DNA of 64,000 nt from Candidatus Latescibacterota bacterium (GTDB taxonomy: Bacteria; Latescibacterota; UBA2968). Location of the stretch: positions 1,856,001-1,920,000 of the forward strand of contig OZ244960.1 in the NCBI GenBank assembly GCA_965222605.1, written 5' to 3'. Both the position numbers and the translations under genes were made by a program. Below are positions 50,464-61,328 of the stretch, piece after piece. The notes below the pieces were generated by a model that did not search any database, was not told where the DNA came from, and worked only from the letters and a program-made list of their open reading frames with translations. Every line of letters starts with the position of its first letter. Position 1 is the stretch's first letter.

Positions 50464-51714
50464 GTGGCAACTGAATTCAAACTACCCGATCTCGGCGAAG
50501 GTGTAGAAGCCGGCGATGTTGTCGGCGTACTCGTTGCCGAGGGCGACACTGTTGAAATCGATCAGGGCGTGGTCGAACTCGAAACCGACAAAGCCCTCGT
50601 CGAAGTACCCAGCAGTGTTGCTGGCACCGTCACAAAAATACACATTAGTGCCGGAGACCGCGTGCCCGTGGGCAGCTTATTGATCTCTGTTGAAGAAGAC
50701 GAAAAATCCGTCCCGACAGCCCCTGAGCCGGAAGCCGAAGCACCCGCACCAAAAGAAGAAACCCAAGTTGCCGAAGCACCCGCACCAACGCCTTCCAGGC
50801 CACCTGCCCCCACATTCAACGGCGACCCCATTCCCGCAGCGCCATCCACGCGGCGGCTCGCGCGAGAACTCGGCGTAGATCTCACCCAGGTCGCTGGCTC
50901 TGGACCCGGTGGACGCATCTCACAAGACGATATCAAAGCCGCTGTACGCAACCGGCAAACAGGTGGTTTCGCACCAACAGCACCCGTCGAATTGCCCGAC
51001 TTCTCGAGATGGGGCAACATCGAACGCCAACCCCTCAGCAAAGTTCGGCAGATTATTGCAAAAAACATGAGCCAGGCCTGGCAACAGGTGGCTCATGTCA
51101 CTCAATTTGATCGCGCAGACGTCACAGATCTCGAAGCATTTCGGCAGCGCAACAAAGAAAGAACCGAAGCTTATGGGGCCAAACTGACGCCGACCGTCCT
51201 CGCGCTAAAAGCAATCATCACCGCGCTTAAAACCTTTCCGCAATTCAACGCCAGCCTCGATGCCGGAGCCAATGAGATTATTCTCAAGCACTACTATAAC
51301 CTCGGCATCGCCGTTGACACCGAGCGCGGCTTACTCGTTCCCGTCATCAAAGACGTCGATCGCAAAGACATCCTAAAATTGGCTCTCGAACTCGGCGACA
51401 TCAGCAACCGCGCGCGCACCAACAAAATTGGCCTCGACGAATTACAAGGCGGCACATTCACCGTCACCAACCTGGGCAGCCTGGGCGTGGGCGAATTTAC
51501 CCCCATTGTCAATCACCCCGAAGTTGCAATTATGGGGCTCGGGCGTGCCAGAGAAGAAGCCACCGTGCGCGAAGGGCGCATCGAACCCCGACTCATCATG
51601 CCTCTGGCATTGTCTTATGATCACCGCGTTATTGACGGCGCCGACGGTGCGCGATTTATGCGAAAAATCGTCGATGCCCTCGAAAACCCAGAACTCATGC
51701 TCATGGGCGGATAA
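50464..51714 (+). CDS. aceF: Dihydrolipoamide acetyltransferase E2
   Basis: LETDKA lipoyl site, APSTRRLARE, LSYDHRVIDGA. Confidence 0.93.
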   Translation: MATEFKLPDLGEGVEAGDVVGVLVAEGDTVEIDQGVVELETDKALVEVPSSVAGTVTKIHISAGDRVPVGSLLISVEEDEKSVPTAPEPEAEAPAPKEETQVAEAPAPTPSRPPAPTFNGDPIPAAPSTRRLARELGVDLTQVAGSGPGGRISQDDIKAAVRNRQTGGFAPTAPVELPDFSRWGNIERQPLSKVRQIIAKNMSQAWQQVAHVTQFDRADVTDLEAFRQRNKERTEAYGAKLTPTVLALKAIITALKTFPQFNASLDAGANEIILKHYYNLGIAVDTERGLLVPVIKDVDRKDILKLALELGDISNRARTNKIGLDELQGGTFTVTNLGSLGVGEFTPIVNHPEVAIMGLGRAREEATVREGRIEPRLIMPLALSYDHRVIDGADGARFMRKIVDALENPELMLMGG

Positions 51715-51728
51715 ACTGGAGAAATCAC

Positions 51729-53141
51729 ATGGCCGAAACGCACAAAACCGATCTCCTCGTCATAGGCGGCGGTCCCGGCGGATATACAGCGGCCTTTCGC
51801 GCTGCTGACCTGGGTCTGCATGTCACCCTCGTCAATGCCGACGACAACCTCGGTGGCACCTGCTTATTGCGCGGGTGCATCCCATCCAAAGCCCTGCTCC
51901 ACGTTGCCGAACTCATCACCGAAGCCAGTGAAGCCAGAACTTATGGCCTCACCTTTGGCGATCCCAAAATCGATCTGGACGCCCTGCGTAGCTGGAAAGA
52001 CAACATCATCACCCGCCTCTCGACCGGTCTATCTGGCCTGGTGCGCCAGCGCAAAGTCACCCACCTGACGGGCTACGCGCAATTCGAGAATTCGCAAAGC
52101 GCGTCCATCACAGGTAATGGGGATATCGACCGCGTCGATTTTGAACACGCCATCATCGCCACGGGCTCACGCCCTGTCGTCCTCCCAATTTTCGCGCTCG
52201 ACACCCCGCGCATTTTGGACTCTACAACAGCGCTCGATCTCGACGAAATACCCAAAAGCCTTCTCGTCATTGGCGGAGGCATCATCGGTCTCGAACTCGG
52301 CAGTATTTATGCCGCATTGGGAAGTGCCGTCACAGTCGTCGAAATGACCGACACCCTCTTGCCCGGCACCGATCCCGATCTGGTCAAACCCCTCGAAACC
52401 CGATTGCGTCAGGCATTCAGCGCCATACACACCCGCACGCGCGTCACGCATATCGAAGAAGTCAATACCGGTATTGAAGTACACTGCGAAGGCGTAGGAT
52501 CGAAAATATCTGAAATATTCGACCGCGTCCTCCTCTGCATTGGCCGACGCCCAAATACGGATAATATTGGCCTTGAAAACACGGACATTGAACCCGATGA
52601 CCTCGGGTTCATCGAAGTCGATTCACAGATGCGAACAAACGATCCCCGCCTCTTTGCAATTGGCGACGCTATCCCAGGCCCCGGCCTTGCCCACAAAGCC
52701 GCGCACGAAGGCAAAATCGCCGCCGAAGTTCTCGCCGGTGAACCCGTGTCTTTTGACGCACTCATTCCCTCAGTTGTGTACACCGATCCCGAAATTGCAT
52801 GGGTGGGCCTGACCGAAACCGACGCCCGCGAACAAAACCGAAAAATCGATGTCGTACGCTTCCCCTGGGCTGCCCTGGGCAAAGCGCATGCAATTGGGCG
52901 CATCGAAGGCCAGACCAAGCTCATTGTCGATCCCTATACCCAGCGCGTGCTCGGCATGGGCATCGTGGGACCAAACGCGGGCGACCTCATCGCCGAAGGC
53001 GCGCTTGCCATTGAAATGGCTGCTGTTGCCGAAGACATTGCCCACACCATTCATCCCCACCCCTCGCTTGCCGAATCCATCGGCATTGCCGCTGATATTC
53101 ACCTCGGCTCCGCGACCGATGTGTACATGCCTAAAAAATAG
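51729..53141 (+). CDS. lpdA: Dihydrolipoamide dehydrogenase E3
   Basis: GGGPGGY, GGTCLLRGCIPSK, GGGIIGLE, HPHPSLAE. Confidence 0.95.
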   Translation: MAETHKTDLLVIGGGPGGYTAAFRAADLGLHVTLVNADDNLGGTCLLRGCIPSKALLHVAELITEASEARTYGLTFGDPKIDLDALRSWKDNIITRLSTGLSGLVRQRKVTHLTGYAQFENSQSASITGNGDIDRVDFEHAIIATGSRPVVLPIFALDTPRILDSTTALDLDEIPKSLLVIGGGIIGLELGSIYAALGSAVTVVEMTDTLLPGTDPDLVKPLETRLRQAFSAIHTRTRVTHIEEVNTGIEVHCEGVGSKISEIFDRVLLCIGRRPNTDNIGLENTDIEPDDLGFIEVDSQMRTNDPRLFAIGDAIPGPGLAHKAAHEGKIAAEVLAGEPVSFDALIPSVVYTDPEIAWVGLTETDAREQNRKIDVVRFPWAALGKAHAIGRIEGQTKLIVDPYTQRVLGMGIVGPNAGDLIAEGALAIEMAAVAEDIAHTIHPHPSLAESIGIAADIHLGSATDVYMPKK

Positions 53142-53143
53142 CC

Positions 53144-54553
53144 TCACACACTTAAATCCCCATACTGCGCCTGCAACCTTCGCAACTCCGCCTTCAACTC
53201 CGCCACCAAACCTGCATACGCTGCATCTTCGTACACATTCCGCAATTCATTGGGATCTTCTTGCAAATCGAACAACTCCCAGTAATCGCCCTCGGCATAA
53301 TATTCAATCAGCTTGTAGCGATCTGTACGCACGCCGCGGTGCGGGCCAATACGGTGCGGCGTAAAATACTGGAATGACGGTTCTGACATCGCCTCTGCCC
53401 CCTTGCCGTGCAGCACCCACGAATCTTCGAAATAAGCGTAATAAACAGACTTGCGCCAATCATCGGGTTCTGTCCCCTGGAGCAACGGGCGCAAACTCTC
53501 GCCCTGCACGCCTTCGGGAATCTCGACCCCTGCAAAATCCAGAATCGTCGGCGCAAAATCCACATTCATCACCAGCGCATCGGTCACATTGCCGCTTATA
53601 CCTCCATTTGGATAACGCACCACCAGCGGAATGCGGATCGACGGCTCGTACATAAACCTCTTATCGTACCATCCGTAATCGCCTAAAAAATACCCGTGAT
53701 CCGACGTGTAAATCACCAGCGTATCGTCAGCCTGATCCGTCTCATCCAGATAATCCAGCACCCGCCCCAGATTTTCATCTACACCGTAAATCGTGCGATA
53801 TCGATCCTTCACAAAACGCTGGTAAATCCAGTCCTTCTTTTCTCGCTCATTCAAATCTTCGGGTATATCGTCATAATCGGGCGCCAGACTGATATCAAAC
53901 TTCATATCTTCTGCCAGAGCCGCAATTTTGCGCGTGGCAAAATCATCCCCATACGTCTCCGGTTGGGGAATCTCAATATCTTCAAAGAGATCCGCATGCC
54001 GGGGTGCTGGCGTAAACGGCCGATGCGGCGCCTTAAACTGATACACCAGACAGAAGGGCTGTTCGCCATCCAACCCCTTCAAAAATTCAAGTGTCATATC
54101 CGTCGTTATATCTGTGGCATACCCCTCCTTTACGACTTCCTTCCCATTATCGATATACGTCGGATCAAAATACACGCCCTGCCCGGGATGAATACACCAC
54201 GTATCAAATCCGCGCGGATCCTGCCGGATATGATACTTGCCAAACAACGCGGTCTTGTATCCCGCGGCGCGAAGCAATTCGGGAAATGTCGGCACATTCG
54301 GATCCAGATCCTCAATCGCATCGGCTCTCTCGGAATTTCCCCGAATACCGTGGACATGTGAAAAACACCCCGTCAGCACCGTGCCCCGCGCAGGCGCGCA
54401 CAGCGCATTGGTCGAAAAACAGTTGTTAAACCGCGTACCCTCATTCCCAATGCGATCCAGATTGGGCGTATGCAAAATCGGATTGCCATAACTGCTCATC
54501 TCGCGCGGCGTGTGGTCATCGGTCATCACAAACAGAATATTCGGTCGCTTCAT
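53144..54553 (-). CDS. Cys-type sulfatase
   Basis: RPNILFVMTDD, CAPAR (CxPxR), GKYH, KAPH, SDHG, DKRFMYE. Confidence 0.92.
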   Translation of the reverse strand: MKRPNILFVMTDDHTPREMSSYGNPILHTPNLDRIGNEGTRFNNCFSTNALCAPARGTVLTGCFSHVHGIRGNSERADAIEDLDPNVPTFPELLRAAGYKTALFGKYHIRQDPRGFDTWCIHPGQGVYFDPTYIDNGKEVVKEGYATDITTDMTLEFLKGLDGEQPFCLVYQFKAPHRPFTPAPRHADLFEDIEIPQPETYGDDFATRKIAALAEDMKFDISLAPDYDDIPEDLNEREKKDWIYQRFVKDRYRTIYGVDENLGRVLDYLDETDQADDTLVIYTSDHGYFLGDYGWYDKRFMYEPSIRIPLVVRYPNGGISGNVTDALVMNVDFAPTILDFAGVEIPEGVQGESLRPLLQGTEPDDWRKSVYYAYFEDSWVLHGKGAEAMSEPSFQYFTPHRIGPHRGVRTDRYKLIEYYAEGDYWELFDLQEDPNELRNVYEDAAYAGLVAELKAELRRLQAQYGDLSV

Positions 54554-54555
54554 TT

Positions 54556-55083
54556 TCACTCCTTCACAGGTTGGGCACAAACATCAACACAAGACTTCAA
54601 ATCTCGATAATAGCGCAATTTCTCAACTCTCGGCATAGGCAGCGCACCGCTCGTTGACGGTGCGAGAAACAGCTTCGCGCCTTCCAACGTCTCATCTTGC
54701 AAGCCGTAATCTCGCTTCCCGCCCATCACCTTGGCATATCCGCTCTTCCCATTAAAACAAATCACCCTCGGTCGATACAACCGCATTTTTTCTCGCAACA
54801 GTTCAAAACCCGACACATAATCACCATCCGTCAGATCTCCAATCCCCCGCGTCGCGCGTCCCTTCACAATATCTGTCAGCCCGATATTATACTCCAAAAT
54901 AGTCGCATCTTCTCGCGGCGCCAGCAATCGATCTGTCAGCCCGACCTCGTACAAAAACGGCCAAAACTGATTGCCTCGCCCGGCATAATAATAACCAACT
55001 TCCGCAGACTTTAAGCTCGGATTAAACCCCACAAACACCAGATTCAGTCCCACACGCAAATAATCCGGCAACACATATTCCAT
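54556..55083 (-). CDS. mug: Mismatch-specific uracil DNA glycosylase
   Basis: LPDYL, GFNPS, GNQFW, GLTDIV, PSTSG. Confidence 0.88.
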   Translation of the reverse strand: MEYVLPDYLRVGLNLVFVGFNPSLKSAEVGYYYAGRGNQFWPFLYEVGLTDRLLAPREDATILEYNIGLTDIVKGRATRGIGDLTDGDYVSGFELLREKMRLYRPRVICFNGKSGYAKVMGGKRDYGLQDETLEGAKLFLAPSTSGALPMPRVEKLRYYRDLKSCVDVCAQPVKE

Positions 55084-55182
55084 ATTCCACACCCTTATTG
55101 ACACGTTTCCCACAATTCGGTTAAATTACAACCTCGGAAAATAAGACAAATCCAAAGTTTCATCTATGAAAGGAAAACTTCA

Positions 55183-56889
55183 ATGACAAAATTGAATAAG
55201 TACAGCTCTCAAATTACCCAAAAAAAATCCCAGGGCGGATCTCAGGCCATGCTCTATGCCACGGGACTAACGCGCGCAGACATGGACAAAGCACAGGTCG
55301 GCATTGCCTCGGTCTGGTACGAAGGCAACCCGTGCAACATGCACCTCAACGACCTCGCCGCCGAAACCAAAAAAGGCGTCACCGAAGCCGGGTGCGTTGG
55401 CATGCGCTTCAACACCATCGGCGTATCCGACGGCATATCCATGGGCACAGATGGTATGTCCTATTCCCTTCAATCCCGCGACCTCATAGCCGACTCCATC
55501 GAAACCCTCATGGGAGCGCAGTGGTACGATGGCCTGATCGCATTGCCCGGCTGCGACAAAAACATGCCCGGCGTGGTCATAGCAATGGGCCGCCTCAACC
55601 GCCCGGCCCTGATGATCTATGGCGGCACCATAAAGCCCGGTTGCGCCACTATCCAGGGAGAAGAACGCAAACTCGACATCATCTCTGCCTTTCAAAGCTA
55701 CGGCGAATTTCTCACAGAATCGCTCAGCGATGCAGAACGCCAGGAAATTGTCGAACACGCCTGTCCGGGCGCCGGTGCCTGCGGTGGTATGTACACCGCC
55801 AATACCATGGCCAGCGCCATCGAGTGCATGGGCCTCTCCTTGCCCTATTCTTCGTGCACACCCGCCGAAGACCCCGACAAACGCGCCGAATGTATTCGCG
55901 CCGGCCACGCTGTTCGCGCCCTGCTCGAAGCCGACCTCAAACCGCGCGACATCGTCACCAAACAATCCTTTCTCAACGCCATCCGCCTCGCCGTTGTCAC
56001 GGGCGGATCCACCAACCTCGTGCTCCATCTACTCGCCATTGCCAGAGCTTATGAAATAGACCTCAACATCGACGAATTTCAGCAAATATCCAACGAAACA
56101 CCCCTCCTGTGTGACCTCAAACCCTCCGGGCGTTACGTCATGGAAGAGCTTCACAACATCGGCGGAACACCCGCAATGATGAAACTCCTTCTCGACGCCG
56201 ACCTCATCGACGGCGACCAGATGACCGTAACGGGCAAAACAATTGCCGAAAATCTCGCCGATATAAAAACCCTTCCCCCTTATGGCACAGGTGAAGGACA
56301 GCAAGACATCGTGAGACCCTTTGGCGATCCCATCAAACCAACGGGACACTTACAAATTTTACGAGGGAATTTGGCACCGGAAGGTTCAGTCGGAAAAATC
56401 ACAGGCAAAGAAGGCGAGGTTTTCAAAGGTGCGGCCAATGTATTCGACTGCGAGGAAGACATGCTCGCCGCCCTTGAACAGGGCAAAATCGAAAAAGGCA
56501 ATGTCATCATTATCCGCTACGAAGGACCCAAAGGCGGACCCGGCATGCCGGAAATGCTCACCCCCACATCCGCATTGGCCGGCGCGGGATTGGTGCAGGA
56601 TGTGGCACTGATTACCGATGGGCGTTTTTCGGGCGGATCGCACGGCTTTCTCATCGGACACGTCGTCCCCGAAGCCATCGAAGGCGGACCCATCGCCCTC
56701 GTCCAAACCGGCGACGAAATCACCATCAACAGCCAAAAAGGCGAGATCGACATGGACGTCTCTGCCGAAGAACTCGAAAAACGCCGTACCAACTGGATCC
56801 AACCACCGTACAAAGCCAACCGCGGCACCCTTTACAAATACATCAAGAACGTAAAAACGGCTTCTGAGGGATGTGTGACAGATGAGTAA
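55183..56889 (+). CDS. ilvD: Dihydroxy-acid dehydratase
   Basis: [40 protein letters not shown]. Confidence 0.97.
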   Translation: MTKLNKYSSQITQKKSQGGSQAMLYATGLTRADMDKAQVGIASVWYEGNPCNMHLNDLAAETKKGVTEAGCVGMRFNTIGVSDGISMGTDGMSYSLQSRDLIADSIETLMGAQWYDGLIALPGCDKNMPGVVIAMGRLNRPALMIYGGTIKPGCATIQGEERKLDIISAFQSYGEFLTESLSDAERQEIVEHACPGAGACGGMYTANTMASAIECMGLSLPYSSCTPAEDPDKRAECIRAGHAVRALLEADLKPRDIVTKQSFLNAIRLAVVTGGSTNLVLHLLAIARAYEIDLNIDEFQQISNETPLLCDLKPSGRYVMEELHNIGGTPAMMKLLLDADLIDGDQMTVTGKTIAENLADIKTLPPYGTGEGQQDIVRPFGDPIKPTGHLQILRGNLAPEGSVGKITGKEGEVFKGAANVFDCEEDMLAALEQGKIEKGNVIIIRYEGPKGGPGMPEMLTPTSALAGAGLVQDVALITDGRFSGGSHGFLIGHVVPEAIEGGPIALVQTGDEITINSQKGEIDMDVSAEELEKRRTNWIQPPYKANRGTLYKYIKNVKTASEGCVTDE

Positions 56890-57726
56890 TCAAACACCAT
56901 TTTCCACAAACTCTTTGAGAGGCACATCTTGCGCTTGTGGGATATAAAAACTGAGCGGATCGGAGACCGCGCCTAAGAGTTGTTTTTGAATGGGATTTGC
57001 TCGAGCAACGAGTTCATCGGGCATATTGATATAATCCATAGGCTTGACCCAGCGATACGCATAGCCCATAAAAATGGTCTTCCGCGGAAAACCCGACCAA
57101 TTTCTGCCAATACCGTGATACGTGCGCTGTTCAAAAATGAATGCCGAACCCGCTTTGACATTCATATTGAGCGCACCTCTCGGATGGCCCGTTGCCGGAT
57201 CAATCGCAGGCCTGCCAAATAGTCGATTGCTTCCGGGCACGAGTTGCGTCGCCCCCGATGCGGGATCTGTCTGATCGCTGATGGCGTAGGCAATTTTGAG
57301 CAGAATACGCGGATGGGGTTCTGTCATTTCCCGAGAAGACGAACCGCCATCGCGGTGATACCCACCCTTGCGCTTTACCTCTTCCGGAGGCTCTGGGCCA
57401 GAGGGCAAAACAATGAGGTGCGACGTGATCATCTGGATATTCCAATTGAGAATCTGCCACGCCAGGGGAGCCGTAGCTGGCCAGTCGAGCAATTTGAGAA
57501 AAGCATCGTGATGCACAATGCAGTTCCGCAAATTGAGCTTGCCATTTTGCTCCAGACGATCAGCAGCCTCTTCGCGGTCGTAAATCTCATCCGCCGCCGC
57601 GTTGAGTTCGGCAACAACATCGGGAGGCAGCGCGTCTTCGATCACGAGATACCCATTGTCGTCAAAAAACTGGCGCTGTTCATCTGTGAGAACAGCCCAA
57701 TCGGATTGAATTGTCATAGTAATCAT
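56890..57726 (-). CDS. Phytanoyl-CoA dioxygenase (PhyH) family
   Basis: FFDDNGYLVI, YHRD, LVPGS, RTYH. Confidence 0.85.
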   Translation of the reverse strand: MITMTIQSDWAVLTDEQRQFFDDNGYLVIEDALPPDVVAELNAAADEIYDREEAADRLEQNGKLNLRNCIVHHDAFLKLLDWPATAPLAWQILNWNIQMITSHLIVLPSGPEPPEEVKRKGGYHRDGGSSSREMTEPHPRILLKIAYAISDQTDPASGATQLVPGSNRLFGRPAIDPATGHPRGALNMNVKAGSAFIFEQRTYHGIGRNWSGFPRKTIFMGYAYRWVKPMDYINMPDELVARANPIQKQLLGAVSDPLSFYIPQAQDVPLKEFVENGV

Positions 57727-57803
57727 CTCCTTTCATTGACTTGCAAACATACACAAATAAATTTAAGACCAGAACCCACGCAAGGCAAGCCATACGCGCC
57801 TTG

Positions 57804-58442
57804 CTATCTATGGTGAATCATCCTGCGCACGCCATTGGCCACAACATCTACTGCTATTTGCACATCCCCTTCAAATGGCACGATCAAATCGGCATACTCA
57901 CTTGTCGGCTCCGTATAGATGCGATAATTGGGCACGACATCCCGGCGATACCATGCCACAGCATCTTTCAGCGCCATCCCACTCGACGTATTCCGCAACA
58001 TGCGCCTGAGCACCCGCTCGTGTGTATCCACATATAGAAACAGCTTGATATCCAGCAAAGACCTCAGAGCCTCCTGCGAAAAAATCAAGTGACCCTCCAC
58101 AATAATTAGTCTATCGGGCGCGACCTTTTGAGAATCATCGCCTCGCCGAAAAGCGCGCGTATCGGGCGGCGGAATATCAATTGCCTGCCCCTCGCGCAGA
58201 CATTTGACATGTGCGATCAAATGCTCCCACAGCACAGCGCGCGGATGATTTGCCGTTCGCCTGATCTCGCGCACATCTTCTGGCAGCACTGACCAATCGC
58301 GGAAATAGCTGTCCTGATTAAGTACAACGGGACCAAAATCTGCGAGCCTATCAGCCAGCATATCCGTAAAGGTCGTTTTGCCGGCGGCAGATCCTCCCGA
58401 AATACCGATCACTATGGGCTTGAATCCGTTTTTCTTATTCAT
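57804..58442 (-). CDS. Uridine kinase-like P-loop kinase
   Basis: GGSAAGKTT, QDSYFRD, IIVEG, YADLIVP. Confidence 0.8.
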   Translation of the reverse strand: MNKKNGFKPIVIGISGGSAAGKTTFTDMLADRLADFGPVVLNQDSYFRDWSVLPEDVREIRRTANHPRAVLWEHLIAHVKCLREGQAIDIPPPDTRAFRRGDDSQKVAPDRLIIVEGHLIFSQEALRSLLDIKLFLYVDTHERVLRRMLRNTSSGMALKDAVAWYRRDVVPNYRIYTEPTSEYADLIVPFEGDVQIAVDVVANGVRRMIHHR

Positions 58443-58514
58443 ACCGCAATCCCATTGCACAAAATATACACCTGGCGTATTATAGTTTTATAGAATACAT
58501 CTGACAAGGAAATC

Positions 58515-58685
58515 CAATTCGGATACACAGCCAACGGACTGGGAAATCTTCGTGTTTTCACCACGCCAGAAGTCATCCACGCTGGCGGCATCAATGCCCT
58601 GGCCCAGATCGGGCGGCCTGCGGATTTGCAGGTGGAGATAAAGGAAAGGATATTGCCTTGTAAGTGGAAATTCGGTTAATTATGT
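58515..58685 (+). pseudogene. Decayed 3' end of a type I restriction HsdR-like gene; direct repeat copy 1
   Basis: Translates to ...GLGNLRVFTTPEVIHAGGINALAQIGRPADLQVEIKERI; clearly homologous to 61899-62078. HsdR identity is from recall. Confidence 0.55.
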
Positions 58686-58732
58686 ATCAGAATGAACAAG
58701 CCCAAGTCAACGCTAAAGGAAAGAAAGCCTCC

Positions 58733-58876
58733 ATGAACATTGCTGAACAGATAGACCGCCGGTTGACCCATCTCGAAACTGGGCAACGAGAGCTTCAAGC
58801 AGGCCAACGATGGATTATGGGCCTGGTATTCATATCATGGGTAACCACGATGGTTTTGATTGCGTTGGAGATATAA
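58733..58876 (+). CDS. Small coiled-coil + single-TM protein
   Basis: MNIAEQIDRRLTHLETGQRELQAGQRWIMGLVFISWVTTMVLIALEI; AAGGA upstream. Confidence 0.5.
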   Translation: MNIAEQIDRRLTHLETGQRELQAGQRWIMGLVFISWVTTMVLIALEI

Positions 58877-59051
58877 AAAATCCGTTTAGTCTGGCACATT
58901 GTACAGGCAGAGGAAAAGGAATTATACACAATAGTGCAAAAAGTGTTTGACAATGGTGTGTGGTTTATATTATAAATCACTAAACATTAGTAATTACAAT
59001 TACTTATATTTACTCTATAGGTGGTGCAATTCAACAAAAGGAGTAAATTTG

Positions 59052-61328
59052 ATGGAAACAATCACGCTTTCGATTGATAGATTCGACAATCAAGTTGAGT
59101 CTAAAAAGGAAAAGGACGGGACGGTGAAGCCTCAAGTTTTTGCGGAGGCAATCACAAAACTCGTTCTCGAAAAGAAATACAATGTCAAAGCTGTTATGAA
59201 TCCCAGTGATCCGCCTGATTTGATATTTGAGAAGGACGGAAAGTGTATTGGCGTGGAAGTGACATGTTTGTATGATCAAATAAAAATTGGCAATGACAAG
59301 ATTTCAGAAAAGGGGCTTAAGAAAGAGGTTGAAATAGGTATTGTAAATCGAGTTCATGCCCGTCTTAAACAGGACGATTCTATTGTTTATCCTGACAAAA
59401 AGCGATTCAGGATAAATCCCGACATTCATGAGATCAAATTTGGCGAAATTGATTGTCATGAGGATTTCAAAGGGATGAAAGATGAAATCGTTTCTTTGTT
59501 ATATGAGAAGGTGAAAGAATACTTTGCGGTAAAGGGTTATCTGTCTAATCCTTATGGGTGGTCTTTTCGGTTGATAGCCAGAAAAGGACTTGTAATTCCC
59601 TTTGAAATTTTCGCTGTTCCAGATAAAAATTGTCACAGGGATAATGTCTTTTTGGAATATACCGAGTTCGATTCCGGCGGAGTAATGGGAAAATCGATAG
59701 GTGACGGCACTTTAGAATTTAAGGGACCTATTAAGGAAAAAGCCGAAAAAATTAATGCCAAAAAAGCTGAAGCTGAAACGTGGCCCTATGATGAATTATG
59801 GCTTTATATCGATGATAGGAAAGGTGAAAGAGGTAATAATTCGGCTGGCGATTTCACGGCATCCATTTCTATTTCTGCGGGTTATAGCAAAGAAAATGAA
59901 AGAGAGATAAAAATTCGCTGGCAAAAAGAGTTCTCTCAAGAAGAATTGAATCATCCGTTTGCAAAAATTGTTGTATTCAATACTCTTTCTTCCCCCAAGG
60001 GTATCAGTTACGATAAGAAAACAGGCATGACTGTAAATGAACTCACTGTTTACGGCAAAGAAGTTGACATATTTGATCCCCGAGAGTTTTGGGATGAGAA
60101 AAAGTTGCTTGAAATGTCTTTGCATGAGTTGAGAGAAATTTTGTCTGTGGAAGAATACAGGGGTGTAAAAGTCCAGGATCATCTTGAAATTATTGGTGAT
60201 AAGCTCCTGGATTTCCTGAAAGGTGACAAGGCGATAGACCCTTATTCCCTAAAAAAAATAAATGAAATTGCAAAGTATATATTGGCAAGATTAGAAGACC
60301 TGGAAGATGAAAGTTTCTTCGCTAATTACAATACAACATTTTGTAATCCTTTTGTTGTGCCAGCGTTCGAAACGCCATCTGTTCGCAGGGATACTTGTAG
60401 TTTTTTAGTCCACAGCGCAAGTCGGTGGCAGAAGTTAGAAGAAAATACATCGTCGGGAATTTCAAAAGCCGAATATCTGTCTCTATTTTCAGAAGCGATA
60501 AAGTCGGGGTCTAAAAACAAGAAAATCGCTTTGTCCTATTTTTGGGAGAATCTTGGTTTTATACATCATTTTGACAAAACGTGGGCAGAAGAAAACCTGG
60601 TGGACTACTTTGGCAAAAAGAATGCACTGCACGAATTTGCGTGGTCTTGCTATTTCGGAGGGCGTATTGACGGGAAGTTTGTGCCTGAATTTTTGCATGA
60701 GAAATTTTTGGAAGTAGCGAAGAATCTGAATGAGTACGAAGTGCGTTTTCAAGCCAAGTTTCTTCGTTCATTTGTTTTCAATCTTTGCCTTAATTTTGAT
60801 ATTGCTGATCCCAAATCCTGGCTCTCTAATCTCTTCCAGCATCAGGATAATGCAAAAATGAGAAAAGAATTTTGTCGAGAGGCTGAGATATTATTGTTGC
60901 AAATAAGGAAAGAAGACCAAAAAGATATATTGGAAGATTGTTGGAAGGGCTGGATCAAAAAATACTGGCAAGACAGATTGGCTTCAGGAGATATTGATGA
61001 TGGTGAGGGAAAAGAGATATTCAACTGGGTTTTTGCTGTCAAGAACGCCAAAGCGATTTCTTTGGCTTTGCAAATGAAGCCTTATGCTCCAAAGGATACC
61101 CTGAGATGGAATCAGTTTGATGACAAATTCATCGCCGAGTATCCAAAAGACGTGGCGGATTTGTTTTTAAAGGTATGTGCATCGGACTTTTTTCACGAAA
61201 TGCGCCGTGATTTAGCCTACAATTGGATTATCAATGAAGCTCGAGAAATCATTGAACGTCTCCTGACTTACAATCAAGAAAGGGAACAAGAACTTGGCAA
61301 GGTTCGAAAAGAACTCTCAAAAGTCTGA
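59052..61328 (+). CDS. PD-(D/E)XK-like N-terminus + DUF4020-like C-terminus, low GC
   Basis: AAGGAG RBS before ATG 59052; SDPPDLIF...IGVEVT; C-terminal WKGWIKKYWQDRL. Confidence 0.7.
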   Translation: METITLSIDRFDNQVESKKEKDGTVKPQVFAEAITKLVLEKKYNVKAVMNPSDPPDLIFEKDGKCIGVEVTCLYDQIKIGNDKISEKGLKKEVEIGIVNRVHARLKQDDSIVYPDKKRFRINPDIHEIKFGEIDCHEDFKGMKDEIVSLLYEKVKEYFAVKGYLSNPYGWSFRLIARKGLVIPFEIFAVPDKNCHRDNVFLEYTEFDSGGVMGKSIGDGTLEFKGPIKEKAEKINAKKAEAETWPYDELWLYIDDRKGERGNNSAGDFTASISISAGYSKENEREIKIRWQKEFSQEELNHPFAKIVVFNTLSSPKGISYDKKTGMTVNELTVYGKEVDIFDPREFWDEKKLLEMSLHELREILSVEEYRGVKVQDHLEIIGDKLLDFLKGDKAIDPYSLKKINEIAKYILARLEDLEDESFFANYNTTFCNPFVVPAFETPSVRRDTCSFLVHSASRWQKLEENTSSGISKAEYLSLFSEAIKSGSKNKKIALSYFWENLGFIHHFDKTWAEENLVDYFGKKNALHEFAWSCYFGGRIDGKFVPEFLHEKFLEVAKNLNEYEVRFQAKFLRSFVFNLCLNFDIADPKSWLSNLFQHQDNAKMRKEFCREAEILLLQIRKEDQKDILEDCWKGWIKKYWQDRLASGDIDDGEGKEIFNWVFAVKNAKAISLALQMKPYAPKDTLRWNQFDDKFIAEYPKDVADLFLKVCASDFFHEMRRDLAYNWIINEAREIIERLLTYNQEREQELGKVRKELSKV

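Noticed and set aside
58947-59051. N-terminal extension of the 793-aa ORF
   Set aside because: The TTG is part of a TTGACA promoter-like element; the RBS supports ATG 59052.
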